Shown: positions 19,842 to 29,103 of the stretch, piece after piece
How positions within the stretch are numbered: position 1 is the stretch's first letter
How the letters are laid out: each line of letters starts with the position of its first letter
DNA from: Minisyncoccota bacterium
GTDB lineage: Bacteria; Patescibacteriota; Minisyncoccia; Phycocordibacterales; GWA1-40-21
NCBI GenBank assembly: GCA_041664585.1
Contig: JBAYKL010000003.1
Span: 49,074 to 113,073 of the forward strand
Length of the DNA: 64,000 bases
Direction: 5' to 3'
The notes under the pieces: model-generated
What the model was told of the DNA's origin: nothing
The model's database searches: none
What the model saw: the letters and a program-made list of their open reading frames with translations, nothing else
Translations under genes and position numbers: made by a program

Positions 19842-21095
19842 ATGGAAAATAAAGAATTTGTTATTGTTGCAACTTCGGGGAGTGTGGATGATGGAAAATC
19901 TACTCTACTAGGGCGTCTTTTGTATGATTGTGATTCTATTTATCAAGATGTTTTGAAAACTCTCAAGAAAGATTATGAATCAGAAGACGTGGTGGTAGAT
20001 AATCTCGCTTATGTTACAGACGGTCTGGAAGCTGAAAGGGAACAGGGTATTACTATTGATGTGGCTTACAAACATTTTTCTCGTACTCACAGAAAATTTT
20101 TGTTGGTAGATGTTCCTGGGCACGAGCAATATACAAGAAATATGATCACCGGAGTGTCTCGTGCAGATGCTGTGGTTATTATGATAGATATGAATTTGGG
20201 TGTTTCAATACAATCCAAGAGACATTTTTTCATTGCCTCAATGTTGGGGGTAAAAAATATTATTTTTGCATTGAACAAAATGGACCTTATGGGTTTTAAG
20301 CAAGAAATTTTTGAAAAAGTAAAAAGCGAATTGGAAGATTATTCTACAAAGCTTAATGTATCTAATTGTATTTTTATCCCTATGTCTGCTAAGTATGGAG
20401 ATATGGTAGTAGCCCGTGGAGAAAGAATGAATTGGTATGAGGGGCCAACACTACTCAGTGTTTTAGAAACATTTTCTTTTTCTGAAGATTTGGGCAGTGA
20501 AGATTTTAGGTTGCCAGTTCAGTGTGTATTAAATGATTCTAATTTTAGGGGTTATGCAGGTAAGGTTGAGGCTGGAGTATTAAATGTTGGCGATAAAGTC
20601 ACAATTGTGCCTTCTGGAAAAAAGACTAGTATAAAAGAGATATATATAGGTTTTGATAAAGTGGAGACGGCTTCAAAGGGCCAATCTATAGCAGTGTCTG
20701 TAAATGATAAACTAGATATTAGTCGCGGGGATATAATAATTGGGGCAGATAATTCTATAGTTCAGTCGAATAATTTGGATGTAATTTTGTTCTGGTTTGA
20801 TGAGAAGTCCTTAAAAGAGGGAAGAGATATTATTTTGAAAAATAACACTAAAGATGTTCGTGGTACCGTTCAGAATATTGAGTACTCTATTGATATGAAT
20901 ACCACACAAAAAATTGAAAAAGTAGGTATTTTGAATCAAAATGATGTGGGTAAGGCTAGTATAAAATTAAACTCTGACATATTTTTTGATACTTACGCAA
21001 AGAATAAAAATATGGGAAGTTTTATTCTGATAGACGATATTACTTATGATACTATTGGAGCGGGTATTATTTTAGGTAAAAAAGATGAAAAATAA
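19842..21095 (+). CDS. cysN: Sulfate adenylyltransferase subunit 1 (GTPase)
   Basis: GSVDDGKSTL, EREQGITIDVAY, PGHEQYTRNM, NKMD. Confidence 0.96.
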   Translation: MENKEFVIVATSGSVDDGKSTLLGRLLYDCDSIYQDVLKTLKKDYESEDVVVDNLAYVTDGLEAEREQGITIDVAYKHFSRTHRKFLLVDVPGHEQYTRNMITGVSRADAVVIMIDMNLGVSIQSKRHFFIASMLGVKNIIFALNKMDLMGFKQEIFEKVKSELEDYSTKLNVSNCIFIPMSAKYGDMVVARGERMNWYEGPTLLSVLETFSFSEDLGSEDFRLPVQCVLNDSNFRGYAGKVEAGVLNVGDKVTIVPSGKKTSIKEIYIGFDKVETASKGQSIAVSVNDKLDISRGDIIIGADNSIVQSNNLDVILFWFDEKSLKEGRDIILKNNTKDVRGTVQNIEYSIDMNTTQKIEKVGILNQNDVGKASIKLNSDIFFDTYAKNKNMGSFILIDDITYDTIGAGIILGKKDEK

Positions 21096-21648
21096 AATTA
21101 AAAAAAACAGCAAAAAAATTAAGAAAAAGAGTGGAGCAGTTCTTTGGCTCACTGGTCTTTCTGGTTCTGGCAAAAGCACGATAGGGGATTCTCTTCATGA
21201 AATTTTGAATAAAAAAGGTATTTCAGCACAAAGGCTCGATGGAGATATTTTAAGAGAGCATTTTGAAAATAAACTAGGTTTTAATAAAGAAGGCAGAGAT
21301 TTGAATATTAAAATATCTGCCTTTACTAGCTCTCTTTTAGAAAAACATGGGGTCATCGTCATTTCTTCTTTTATAAGTCCATATAAACACCAGAGAGATT
21401 TCGCGCGTAATCTTTCTAAAAAATTTATAGAGATACATGTAAATGCTTCTGTTGAGACATGTATCAAAAGGGATACAAAAGGACTCTATAAAAAAGCTCT
21501 CGCAGGAGAGATTAAAAATTTTACTGGTATTTCAGATCCGTATGAAGTTCCAGAAAATCCGCATCTTGTGATTGATACCGATATTTTGAATATCAAAGAT
21601 TCTGTAAAAAAAGTTTTAGATTATTTAACAAAAGAGGGGATAATCTAA
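21085..21648 (+). CDS. cysC: Adenylyl-sulfate kinase
   Basis: WLTGLSGSGKST, LDGD, KGLYKKA, FTGISDPYE. Confidence 0.97.
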   Translation: MKNKIKKNSKKIKKKSGAVLWLTGLSGSGKSTIGDSLHEILNKKGISAQRLDGDILREHFENKLGFNKEGRDLNIKISAFTSSLLEKHGVIVISSFISPYKHQRDFARNLSKKFIEIHVNASVETCIKRDTKGLYKKALAGEIKNFTGISDPYEVPENPHLVIDTDILNIKDSVKKVLDYLTKEGII

Positions 21649-21654
21649 GAAGGG

Positions 21655-21735
21655 GTCGAGGTGAGACCTTGCCTGCCCGTCTTGCCTGCTTTAGGCTGGC
21701 TCAGGAGGGAATCTTCAAAAAGGTCTCTCCTCGAC
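21655..21735. repeat. GC-rich inverted repeat (REP-like)
   Basis: GTCGAGG-T-GAGACCTT ... AAGGTCTC-T-CCTCGAC enclosing degenerate CCTGCC/GGC repeats. Confidence 0.6.
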
Positions 21736-21774
21736 TACGAAAATTCTAAAAACACAGAGGGGTTTCGCTCCGCG

Positions 21775-22015
21775 AAACCCCGTCTTTGCTTTATCAAAAT
21801 GAACCATGGTTCATTTCGGTATCTGTCTTTGCGAGCAAAGCGAAGCAAACCATCTCTGGATTGCCACGTCGGCAGACCTCCTAGCAAAGACAGAAAACCT
21901 GTTTCTTGTTTTCTCTTAAGATCATATACTAAATACTTATATTGTATACTCACTAACACTTATCCACACCCCAAAATCCATTGCATCTCACTTTCAAAAA
22001 CTATATAATATACAC
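21775..22015. repeat. Composite palindromic repeat / leader, copy 2
   Basis: Direct repeat of 16769-17008 at ~5006 bp offset; REP-like element 21823-21893. Confidence 0.88.
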
Positions 22016-22732
22016 ATGTCACAGAAAATCTCTAAGTATTTTTCTAAAATAAAGAAAATATCCATATACACCATATCTACTTTCATTGTAGCTAAGCTTG
22101 TAGTATTTGCAGGTACTCTTATGCCAGACAGTACCCCAACCACATCAACAATGGTTACATTAGGTGACTTATATGAGAAAATTACAAATAATTCATACAC
22201 AACTTCTTCTCACCCAGTATCTACTACTACCTCACCAGCTTCTACATTTTCTACTCTGGAAAGCATATATGATGCTATACCGGATATAGCTAGGCAGGCG
22301 AACTTGATAGATTCAACACATTCTCTTATGGGTGTACAAGGTGCTCTATACATTCCTACAATAAATCAAGTGGCTTCAGGTACACACTTTGGTCCCAATG
22401 GAAGTTTGGTAGGGACACTTTCTGCTGCTGCGGTGGCCTCGGATGAAATTAGTGCTTGGTCAGTAGCTAAATCTTCAGGTACATGGAGTGAAGCCATTCT
22501 GTTTTGTAATAATCTATCAGAAGGTGGACATGCTTGGAGGTTGCCGAAGAGGGCAGAGCTAGAGGGGCTAGTTAATAGTCCATTTTCATCATATACAATT
22601 TATTGGTCAGGTACAGAGGGTTTTATCAATCCCACTCATGCTTATGGCATCTATAGCTACGACTCAGGTTTTTCCGTCAATGCATATAATTATATGAAGA
22701 CGGACGTTCTTGGTGTTGGTTGCGTCCACTAA
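22016..22732 (+). CDS. DUF1566/Lcl surface protein A2 (paralog of A1)
   Basis: First ~90 aa nearly identical to A1; WRLPKRAEL, YWSGTE, GCVH. Confidence 0.8.
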   Translation: MSQKISKYFSKIKKISIYTISTFIVAKLVVFAGTLMPDSTPTTSTMVTLGDLYEKITNNSYTTSSHPVSTTTSPASTFSTLESIYDAIPDIARQANLIDSTHSLMGVQGALYIPTINQVASGTHFGPNGSLVGTLSAAAVASDEISAWSVAKSSGTWSEAILFCNNLSEGGHAWRLPKRAELEGLVNSPFSSYTIYWSGTEGFINPTHAYGIYSYDSGFSVNAYNYMKTDVLGVGCVH

Positions 22733-22743
22733 TCTACACATCT

Positions 22744-23499
22744 ATGAAAAACAAATTAAAATCATACATACCTAAAATCCGCACAATATCTTTATATACG
22801 ATATCTACTTTTATCGCAGCTAGACTTATAGCTTCAGCTGGTAACCTAGCACCTACAGAAGCTCCAACTCCTACCATGGTAACATTGGACCATCTGTTTA
22901 ATAAAATTCAGAATAATACTTATTCTACAAGTACAGATGAAAAGTTGTCTATTTCAACACTACTATCTCCAGCAAACTCTATGCGCACCTTGCTGGAAGT
23001 ATATACTGCTATACCTAGTATTTCTCCAGATATTATTGCCACTGGTACCACTATTATGGGTATACCTGGGAATGTGGTGATGCCAGATGCAGCGAATGTT
23101 GCTAATGGGGTTGGATTTGGTCCTAGTAATTTTTATGACGATGGCTATGGTGGATTTTATTTTAGTGGTTATCCTTTTGTTGGTGAATTTAAAACATCTC
23201 ATCAGATATGGTCAAACGCTACAGGTAGCGGAAATTGGAATGATGCTATTTTGTTCTGTAATAATTTATCAGAAGGCGGGCATGCTTGGAGGTTGCCTAA
23301 GGATGGTGACTGGGGAGCCATGCACGAACCTTCTTTTCCAGGTAGATATTTTTGGTCTGGTACTGAAGTGAGTGCTGAATACGCTAGAGCATTCGGGATA
23401 TTTGATAGTGGCCAGGGATACTATTATGCTGCTCCATACTCAGATCAGTCGGATAAAGCTGCTGGCTACGGCGTTCGTTGTATAACTAAAACATTGTAA
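22744..23499 (+). CDS. DUF1566/Lcl surface protein B2 (paralog of B1)
   Basis: N-terminus nearly identical to B1; WRLPK, FWSGTE, VRCI. Confidence 0.8.
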   Translation: MKNKLKSYIPKIRTISLYTISTFIAARLIASAGNLAPTEAPTPTMVTLDHLFNKIQNNTYSTSTDEKLSISTLLSPANSMRTLLEVYTAIPSISPDIIATGTTIMGIPGNVVMPDAANVANGVGFGPSNFYDDGYGGFYFSGYPFVGEFKTSHQIWSNATGSGNWNDAILFCNNLSEGGHAWRLPKDGDWGAMHEPSFPGRYFWSGTEVSAEYARAFGIFDSGQGYYYAAPYSDQSDKAAGYGVRCITKTL

Positions 23500-23579
23500 T
23501 TTATTTTAAAATTTCGGATTTGCAAAAAAATCGCACGAGAGTGCGATTTTTAATTAAGAATATTAACCCTGAAAGATTT

Positions 23580-24428
23580 TTATTCTAAAGTTGTATTTAA
23601 TTTTAATTCTCTTTTTGTCCAAAAGTTTAAATGCTCATATTTTTTTGCAGCAGCCTCTCCTATAAGTATGGGCCATTTTGGTAGTACCGGTGTAATTACA
23701 GCCCTTATCGTATGTAAGTCATCAAATCCGTGGTATTCATCTTTCTCAAATACGACTTGTTTTACATTATTGAAGTCATGTTTATATCTAGGAATCTCTA
23801 GAAAATCATATATTTTATTCATAACTTTTTCAGGACTATGAGTAAAAGATTCAAAGTCTACAAAAAGCATTTGCTTGGCATAGCCTTTGTGTACAGCATC
23901 ACGCATTTGATTGTATGCGCTACCCACAACTTCTTTTGAGTCCATAAATACTTCAAGTCTGCCTTCAATAGTATTAAATTTATCTGGGTTTCCCATTTCT
24001 TGTGGTATTGCTCTGTGTCCTGTATTTTTTCTCCACAAAGATTCAAAGCTGGCCAAGACTTCTCTGATATCTCTCACCGTTACAAGTAATTTAACAGGAT
24101 GACCAAGGATTTCTTCTGCCATTTCTATATTTCCACACCAACCACGAGATTTATCTACACAATATTTTTTGTCTGTATTTGAAAAGTAGCCCTCAAACAT
24201 CCCGCGCATTATTCTAATAGAAGACACTTTGTCATCTATGTGGTCGGAAGCTTTTATGGAAGGCATCTGACTCCACATGTTTTTTGTATTTCTCATAAGA
24301 CCTATAATGCTACTTGTAGGGGTGACATAGAAATCTGGGTTTTGAGATAGGACATTACAAAGTAGGGTGGAGCCAGAGCGGGGAAGTCCTGATAGGAAGA
24401 AGTATTCTCTTGTTTTTTTATCGTTCAT
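23580..24428 (-). CDS. PAPS-dependent sulfotransferase
   Basis: GLPRSGSTLL 5'-PSB loop, DKS, VRD......S 3'-PB motif, FE.....PE..M.KIYDFL. Confidence 0.9.
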   Translation of the reverse strand: MNDKKTREYFFLSGLPRSGSTLLCNVLSQNPDFYVTPTSSIIGLMRNTKNMWSQMPSIKASDHIDDKVSSIRIMRGMFEGYFSNTDKKYCVDKSRGWCGNIEMAEEILGHPVKLLVTVRDIREVLASFESLWRKNTGHRAIPQEMGNPDKFNTIEGRLEVFMDSKEVVGSAYNQMRDAVHKGYAKQMLFVDFESFTHSPEKVMNKIYDFLEIPRYKHDFNNVKQVVFEKDEYHGFDDLHTIRAVITPVLPKWPILIGEAAAKKYEHLNFWTKRELKLNTTLE

Positions 24429-24592
24429 TTTTAAGATAAATTATGTTTATAACAAATTAATCATAGCATTATGTAGGGGGAATATAAAGAGATAATTTAT
24501 CTTTTAATCAATAAATACAAAAGGCCGGTTCGCGAAGCGAACCGGCCTTTTGTGTTTTATTTTGTGGACTTTAAAAACTTTTTACTTTCTAC

Positions 24593-24937
24593 CTACTTTG
24601 CTTTAGCTAAGATTTTAAGGAAAACTTCAGGATTTTCGTTTGCAAGAGTTGCAAGGATTTTTCTGTCGATTTCTATTTTTTGTTTTGTAAGTGCTCCTAT
24701 GAATTTGCTGTATGTTGAGCCATTTTCTCTAAGGATTGCATTTATTTGTACATTCCAGAGTCTTCTAGCTACACCCTTCTTATCTCTTCTGTGAGCGAAA
24801 GCATTTGCACCAGCGTGCATGATAGCTTCTGTAGCTGCAGCTTCTTTGCTCCTTCTATTTAGTCTGAAGCCTTTTGTTTGCTTAAGAACATTCTTTCTTG
24901 TCTTGTTCTTTGTTACACCTCTTTTAACTCTTGTCAT
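24593..24937 (-). CDS. rplT: 50S ribosomal protein L20
   Basis: MTRVKRG, RRLW...INA, YSKFI, IDRKILA. Confidence 0.98.
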   Translation of the reverse strand: MTRVKRGVTKNKTRKNVLKQTKGFRLNRRSKEAAATEAIMHAGANAFAHRRDKKGVARRLWNVQINAILRENGSTYSKFIGALTKQKIEIDRKILATLANENPEVFLKILAKAK

Positions 24938-24954
24938 TGTATTATTAAATTAGT

Positions 24955-25143
24955 TTAGAATTTTCCTGCCAAAAATCTTGCTTTCGCTTTGCTAGTAAAT
25001 TTGATTGTAACGGCCCTCTTTTTGTTTAATTGTGAACCTCTACTTTCCTTTGCGTTGAAATGGTTTTGTCCAGCTTTTCTGCCGACGATCTTACCATTTT
25101 TTGTTACTTTCAATCTTTTTGAAAATGATTTGTTTGTTTTCAT
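24955..25143 (-). CDS. rpmI: 50S ribosomal protein L35
   Basis: MKTNKSFSKRLKVTKNGKI; between infC and rplT. Confidence 0.93.
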   Translation of the reverse strand: MKTNKSFSKRLKVTKNGKIVGRKAGQNHFNAKESRGSQLNKKRAVTIKFTSKAKARFLAGKF

Positions 25144-25156
25144 ATTAATAATTAAA

Positions 25157-25693
25157 TTATGATTTTTTATTTGCTTTTTCTATCACTATTGTCAAACCTT
25201 TCGGACCTTTTGTTGAAGGTTCTGCCACCTTATATTCTTCAGTGATGAGTTTTAACATTCTTTCCATTCTTTCATTTAAGAAAGCCTGATTTAAATATTT
25301 TGCTCTACCAGCGAGGAAAAGATTAAGCTTAACTCTATGGCCTTCCTTAAGCCATTCAGAAGCTTTACCGGCTTTTAGTAGGAGATCGTGTTCATCCGTA
25401 CCTATTTTCACCTGGACACTCTTAATCTCAATGTTTTGAATCTTGGATTTAGTTTCCTTTAGCTTCTTCTTCTCAGTGTATTGAAATTTACCATAATCCA
25501 TTATTTTTGCAACTGGTGGAACTGCATTTGGAGATATCTCTATCAAGTCCAAATTCATTTCTTGAGCTTTTTTCAAAGCTTCGCCAATAGACAGAACGCC
25601 GAGGTTTTGACCGTCATCGGTTATTACTCTGAGTTCCGTTGCCCTTATTTGCTGATTTATTCTAACTCTTATATTCAAAGTATTGGAAATAAT
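25157..25693 (-). CDS. infC: Translation initiation factor IF-3 (non-AUG start)
   Basis: RINQQIRA, PPVAKIMDYGKF; no ATG at the expected start, in-frame ATT (25693/25690) or TTG (25678). Confidence 0.95.
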   Translation of the reverse strand: MISNTLNIRVRINQQIRATELRVITDDGQNLGVLSIGEALKKAQEMNLDLIEISPNAVPPVAKIMDYGKFQYTEKKKLKETKSKIQNIEIKSVQVKIGTDEHDLLLKAGKASEWLKEGHRVKLNLFLAGRAKYLNQAFLNERMERMLKLITEEYKVAEPSTKGPKGLTIVIEKANKKS

Positions 25694-25708
25694 GTATTAC
25701 GCCTATAT

Positions 25709-26335
25709 TTATAGCATATTTTTCTTTTTAAGGCAACATACAAAACTAGCTAATATATAACAGATTGAGCCAAGTAGAATACCAGCCAAAACATCAGAAA
25801 ACCAGTGAACTGAGAGATATACTCTGCTTATAATTACCAGGGGAAATATTATCGAAGTACAGAGGATAAAGATTTTTCTTGAAAAACTGTTTTTTATTAA
25901 GGGAGCGATTATAACAATTGAAGAAATGAGAAAAACAGTAGCTATTGTGGCATGTCCGCTAGGGAAGCTGTAATCTGTCTCTAGGAGCAGATTACTTAGA
26001 GGTCTTATTCTTTCAATTAGGGGTTTTATTATAAAAGGCAGTAATGTTCCCAGCGCTGTAAAAGTTGTAAATAAATAAAATAATTGTTTTTTCTTTTTTA
26101 AGATTAGGAAGATTGAAAAAATTATAAAAATTATGATTGATTCTGGGATATTACAGACTTTTGTAATAGAAAGCATCAGAGAATTCAAGGTGGGGGACTG
26201 TATATTATTAAAATAGATATTTATGAAGTAATCAAAGCTAAGCAATGTTTGGTTGTTGCATTTGACTAGTAGACTAATAGATATTAGACAGATTACAAAG
26301 ATTGCTAGCAAAAGTATTTTTCTTTTTTGTGACAT
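25709..26335 (-). CDS. PAP2-family membrane phosphatase
   Basis: K...R.RP, SFPSGH, SRVYLSVHWFSDV. Confidence 0.92.
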   Translation of the reverse strand: MSQKRKILLLAIFVICLISISLLVKCNNQTLLSFDYFINIYFNNIQSPTLNSLMLSITKVCNIPESIIIFIIFSIFLILKKKKQLFYLFTTFTALGTLLPFIIKPLIERIRPLSNLLLETDYSFPSGHATIATVFLISSIVIIAPLIKNSFSRKIFILCTSIIFPLVIISRVYLSVHWFSDVLAGILLGSICYILASFVCCLKKKNML

Positions 26336-26409
26336 GTGAGTATTTTAACATTTTTTATAAAAGAAAAACCAGAGCGTTCATGAATCGCTCTGGTTATGGT
26401 TGAGGCTGG

Positions 26410-26688
26410 TTAAGCCGCGATGTCTCCAAACTGTTTAGTCAGTACTTCGTTTAATTTATTAAAAATCGCTTCCGATGTTGCGGACATATCTTTAATAGCT
26501 ACTAGTTCACCAGTTTCTGTTTTAGCAGATATCACCCATCCATGCAGTTGGTTAGATATTGCTCTTTTTGCTTCAAGCGGTTCTTGCTTGATTAGTTTCA
26601 GGAGATCACGTTTCCTTTTACCATCTGTATCTCCGGAAACGTGGCCAGCTACCCAGTCAGTGAACTCTTCTAAAGGCATCTCTTTCAT
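26410..26688 (-). CDS. Hypothetical protein (SD-led cassette; likely paralog of 26850-27158)
   Basis: AAAAGGAAA upstream, own terminator 26365-26394. Confidence 0.7.
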   Translation of the reverse strand: MKEMPLEEFTDWVAGHVSGDTDGKRKRDLLKLIKQEPLEAKRAISNQLHGWVISAKTETGELVAIKDMSATSEAIFNKLNEVLTKQFGDIAA

Positions 26689-26849
26689 ATCAATTTTCCT
26701 TTTGTTTAGGTTTGAAATAGTTTCCTTTGGTCCTTATTAAGAATCTCAAAAATATACAAACGGGTCAACATTACATTTTGTAAATTTAATGGTTTGATAT
26801 GAAAAAACCGGCCCGCTTGTAAAGTGGTCCGGTTTGAAGGGGGAGGTGA

Positions 26850-27158
26850 TTAGCCTCTGCTGAGTCTGCTGATTTCGGCGGCGAAGATAACCAAAAGTTT
26901 GTCGACTGCCTGTTGAGCCACTTGTTGGTCGTCATTCTCATCCATTTTTTCGATGGTGAGGCCGGTATCATCTTCGGCTCTGATTTTCCAGTTGTAGATT
27001 TCGCTACAAATCGAAACGACGTGATTGTCCGTGTCGTCTCTAAGGGACCTTAGAAAAGTTCCCCTTGAGCACGGGCCTGATTCATCGATTTCTTTTTTTC
27101 TTGCATCTGCAATCCATGCAACAAGCTCTTGCTTGGTCATGGTTTTTTTACTTCCCAT
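26850..27158 (-). CDS. Hypothetical protein (SD-led cassette)
   Basis: TAAGGAG 5 nt before ATG, TTGACT..TATTAT promoter, own terminator ~26801-26835. Confidence 0.72.
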   Translation of the reverse strand: MGSKKTMTKQELVAWIADARKKEIDESGPCSRGTFLRSLRDDTDNHVVSICSEIYNWKIRAEDDTGLTIEKMDENDDQQVAQQAVDKLLVIFAAEISRLSRG

Positions 27159-27304
27159 AATTTCTCCTTATTTAGAACAAAAACACGGAATGTGTTTTTC
27201 TAATGTAATAATACCACTGCTTTAAAATAAAGTCAAATTATAAACAAGAGATGCCATTGGGGGGTAGATAATATTGATTTATATGTGATATAATGTGCCT
27301 CGAT

Positions 27305-28048
27305 ATGGAAACCTACGATAAATTGGCGAAATATTATTTTGAGAGAAGAAAAAATAAGAATAGATTTGATTATAATCGTGATATTGATGTTCCAGCTCTT
27401 ATAAAAATGATTGGAAACGCTGAGAAAAAGACAATCTTAGATATCGGCTGTGGTTTTGGAGATCTTGCTGAGAAATTATCAAAACAAAATTATAAAAAAT
27501 TGATTGGTTTTGACGTTAGCAGTGAGTTAATTAAATTAGCGAATGAACAGCATATCCCCAAAACACTTTTTGAAGTGGGTGATATGGGCAAAAAATTAAA
27601 ATATCAGAGCTCCTATTTTGATATTGTTTGTTCTGGTCTTGCAATACATTATAACAAAAACATTAATTTTTTATTTAAGGAAGTTAATCGTGTTTTGAAA
27701 AAGGGAGGTTATTTTTGTTTTTCTACAGGACATCCTATTTTTAATTTAATTAATCAAACCAAGGGAGGTTTAATAGGTATAAAAATTTTATCAAACGATA
27801 AGGAAGAAATTTTTGGTGATTATTTTGATGAATCATCTAGGCTTAATGATTTAGGTCATTTAGGAATGATCAATCTTTATGGTTTTACCTTTGAAACTTT
27901 TATTAAAGCCGGTTTAAATAGTGGATTTGAATTAGTTGACTATAAAGATGCAAAGCCTGTTAAGTCTTCCCAAAAATATAATCCTAAGGTGTATAACAGA
28001 ACAACAAAATTACCAACTTTTATGGTTTTTAAATTTAAGAAAAAATAA
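27305..28048 (+). CDS. Class I SAM-dependent methyltransferase
   Basis: ILDIGCGFG, GFDVS, FDIVCS, RVLKKGG. Confidence 0.9.
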   Translation: METYDKLAKYYFERRKNKNRFDYNRDIDVPALIKMIGNAEKKTILDIGCGFGDLAEKLSKQNYKKLIGFDVSSELIKLANEQHIPKTLFEVGDMGKKLKYQSSYFDIVCSGLAIHYNKNINFLFKEVNRVLKKGGYFCFSTGHPIFNLINQTKGGLIGIKILSNDKEEIFGDYFDESSRLNDLGHLGMINLYGFTFETFIKAGLNSGFELVDYKDAKPVKSSQKYNPKVYNRTTKLPTFMVFKFKKK

Positions 28049-28177
28049 GCAATAATACTAACTCTATAGATCTAATGAATAGAGGAGGTTAGAATCTATT
28101 TTTCCTATATTTTAAACCTAACAAAAAGGCCCTAGCAGAACTAGGGCCTTTTTGTTTTTATTCTATTTTTGTTCTAG

Positions 28178-28584
28178 TGGAGATGCCGAGAATCGAACTC
28201 GGGTGCAAATGATTGAACTCAATGCTTCTACAAAGTCTAGTTGATTTGTTTCCGTCCGAAGACGAATTTAGGTTTGTAAACTATAAAACAACAAAACATT
28301 TACAAACCGATTCTCTATTTTCGTCACTAGACGAGAAGGCTAGTGATATATTCTGAAAATATTGCACCTCATTCTACCTCTCAGAAGTCAGTAGATGAAA
28401 TGTAGCTTAGGCTAAAGCGTAAGCTAAAGTAAGGTCCTTGGCACCAAAAAATGGTGATACAATTCCCGCTACTTTTTGTGTAAAGCTTTTTGCATTTACA
28501 AGTCCTTGGTAGATTTAGGAGTTCACAAGGTTGCTCCACTTTGCGCAAGAGAGAACGGACCAATTGTCTAGGCCGATCATCCCC
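28178..28584 (-). ncRNA. ssrA: tmRNA
   Basis: 5' GGGGATGATCGGCCTAGAC, 3' CCCGAGTTCGATTCTCGGCATCTCCA tRNA-like domain with G:U pair; tag ORF 28493-28407; directly downstream of smpB. Confidence 0.93.
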
Positions 28585-28588
28585 AATA

Positions 28589-29032
28589 TTATTCTTTCAA
28601 TGTTCTTCTTATCTCTCTATCCGTTTCGCGTTTTTTTATACTTTCACGCTTGTCGTGAGTCTTCTTACCGCGAACGATTCCAAGCTCTACTTTGAGCTTC
28701 TTACCCATATTATACACCGAAAGGGCAGATATTGTCAATCCTTTTTGATTTTCCATATCTCCCAAACGTTTTATCTCTTTTTTGGTAAGAAGAAGTTTCC
28801 TATTTCTTCTAGGATCAAAGTCTGCGGGCGTATTCTTAGGTTGAATAGGGGTAATGTTTGAATTAATGAGAAAAGCCTCAGAGCCTCTGATTATCGCGTA
28901 CGCTCCATCTAAAGACATTTTCCCATCCTTTACCGCCTTCACTTCGAAACCAAGTAATTCAATACCGGCCGTGATTTTCTCAAGGATTTCATAATTAAAA
29001 TATGCTTTTCTGTTTTCTGCGAATTTACTCAT
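28589..29032 (-). CDS. smpB: SsrA-binding protein
   Basis: NRKAYFNYEI, AGIEL.G.EVK, R.RKLLL, GKK.HDKRESIK. Confidence 0.98.
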   Translation of the reverse strand: MSKFAENRKAYFNYEILEKITAGIELLGFEVKAVKDGKMSLDGAYAIIRGSEAFLINSNITPIQPKNTPADFDPRRNRKLLLTKKEIKRLGDMENQKGLTISALSVYNMGKKLKVELGIVRGKKTHDKRESIKKRETDREIRRTLKE

Positions 29033-29103
29033 CTCAATTATAGTATCAGAATAGGGGAGATTTGAGAAATAAAAAAGGACCGAATAAATCGGTCCCAACT
29101 TTT

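Noticed and set aside
21661-22008. 115-aa ORF and 74-aa antisense ORF over the repeat block
   Set aside because: They lie on palindromic non-coding repeats; the ORF track shows no equivalent ORF in copy 1
16700-24500. Complete DGR (RT, TR, avd) in the window
   Set aside because: No reverse transcriptase ORF and no AAC-rich non-coding template copy seen; only candidate targets are reported
28381-28861. Short ORFs overlapping tmRNA/smpB
   Set aside because: Explained by tmRNA and smpB
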